A stretch of DNA of 64,000 nt. It comes from Lingula anatina. Taxonomy: Eukaryota > Animalia > Brachiopoda. The stretch lies in assembly GCA_051362555.1 (NCBI GenBank), contig CM120649.1:8494001-8558000 (forward strand), in the 5' to 3' direction. The translations under genes were made by a program, and so were the position numbers. The notes below the pieces were generated by a model. That model did not search any database, was not told the origin of the DNA, and worked only from the letters and a program-made list of their open reading frames with translations. The first letter of the stretch is position 1. Every line of letters begins with the position of its first letter. Shown here in pieces: positions 62,766 through 64,000 of this stretch.

Positions 62766-63132
62766 AAAGATTCTGCCAATATTCCACTCATAATGCAAAT
62801 ACATTTATTCTTCCTTCTTTCACGCACATACTGGGGCACATAGTTGTACTAATTTTGAAACGATCCATGCTACCGCCAGAATAACGTCAAATGTCATATT
62901 TCTTTACTTCACTCTTTTGGTTTCTTTAGCTAAATTCTTCTTTTCACAAAATAGTTTGTAATCTATAATGTCGTATTAGACACGCTCAAGGGTCCAGAAA
63001 GAGAACTAGTGTTGGAAACAGGTTGTATATGTATTCTCTCGAAATATTTTGCAAGTTACTTGCTTCACATTTTAATAGCGCTCTCTTTCGGCGTACTCAT
63101 TGTTTCACAGCGAGAGAAATCACAGTGCGCGA

Positions 63133-63388
63133 TGATTGACGTTTGTTTATATAACCTGCCAATCAAGCTGTTATTACTTGACAGCAACTATCAAAACTAA
63201 CTGAATTTGATTGGCACTTTGTCAATCAAAGCATGTAGGAAGCTTGAACTAAACGTGTTCGACGACTATAGTGATCTACTGTGTAATGATTGTGATTGAC
63301 GTTTGTTTATATAACCTGCCAATCAAGCTGTTATTACTTGACAGCAACTATCAAAACTAATGAATTTGATTGGCATCTTGTCAATCAA
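63133..63388. repeat. ~95-bp direct duplication (period ~160)
   Basis: tgattgacgtttgtttatataacctgccaatcaagctg... at ~63133 and ~63293. Confidence 0.85.
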
Positions 63389-64000
63389 AGGATATTGGAG
63401 TTTTAAATGTTTGGTGAGAAGGTGAAGTAATTGTTCGACGTTTGTTCAAAAACTGTCATCCATAGTCGTGTGCGCTTGACAGCTTCCATCAAAGTTGACT
63501 TAACCTGTTTAAATTTGATTCATACCTGTCTATAACAATACATGTCGTAACATTCTGGAGGTAGGGGGCAACTTTTTTTTTTTTTTTTTTTGCAGCGTGG
63601 TAAAAAACGTCGGGTTCTTTATTTCAACAACGTGAAAGAGTCCGGGTTCTTTCACTGGCGTTTTTAATTGAACTAAATATCAGTTGTCATTCTTTTTCTG
63701 GATGTGATGTAAAATGACTATACATGAATTAACGTTGTTGTCGATGTTTATTGCTCCAAAGTCCTTTATTTGGTGCTCGTACGAAATCGGAACTTCGTAT
63801 ACGAACTGAACATATTTCTTTAATCATACTCATGTTCTTTTACACCCAATGAATATTTTTGGATCATTTAAAAAAACGAATGGTATAAAAAGTAAAACCT
63901 TGTCATTTTTTCATGAGCTACGGAGAGAAAAATGCCGAGATAATGATGTTAGTGGCCAGGTAAAATTAAAAGGTACCGGTTTTGTTCGTTCCTTATAAAG

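Overview
Eukaryotic (invertebrate-type, AT-rich, intron-rich) genomic DNA. Positions ~3.1-49.2 kb carry one large + strand multi-exon gene encoding tandem filamin/ABP280 Ig-like repeats. Its C-terminal repeats resemble the jitterbug/FLN-2 class of filamins, and the gene probably begins upstream of the window. I traced 32 repeat-coding exons by hand, all separated by phase-1 GT-AG introns; the 5' block follows a periodic four-exon (two-repeat) pattern. The standout region is the ~20-kb interval 24371-44156. It holds (i) a 3.3-kb TA-flanked non-autonomous DNA transposon, (ii) a 1,132-codon low-complexity ORF with a phase-1 donor and VASP-FAB/WH2-like helical motifs, probably an alternative first exon, and (iii) a hidden array of at least 11 short (48-96 nt), symmetric phase-1, tyrosine-rich exons. 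These encode EPIYA-like/Src-type motifs (EDIYSTV, EGIYAT, PLYATV, EGIYGE, ENIYE, SIYST) and look like diverged duplicates of the start of the next filamin exon. Four exon/5'-splice-site junctions in the window are amplified as tandem repeats. From 55.6 kb a second + strand gene encodes an unidentified secreted coiled-coil protein with a central hydrophobic segment. Several MITE/foldback families and microsatellites are interspersed. All calls are from manual reading; no database search was possible.
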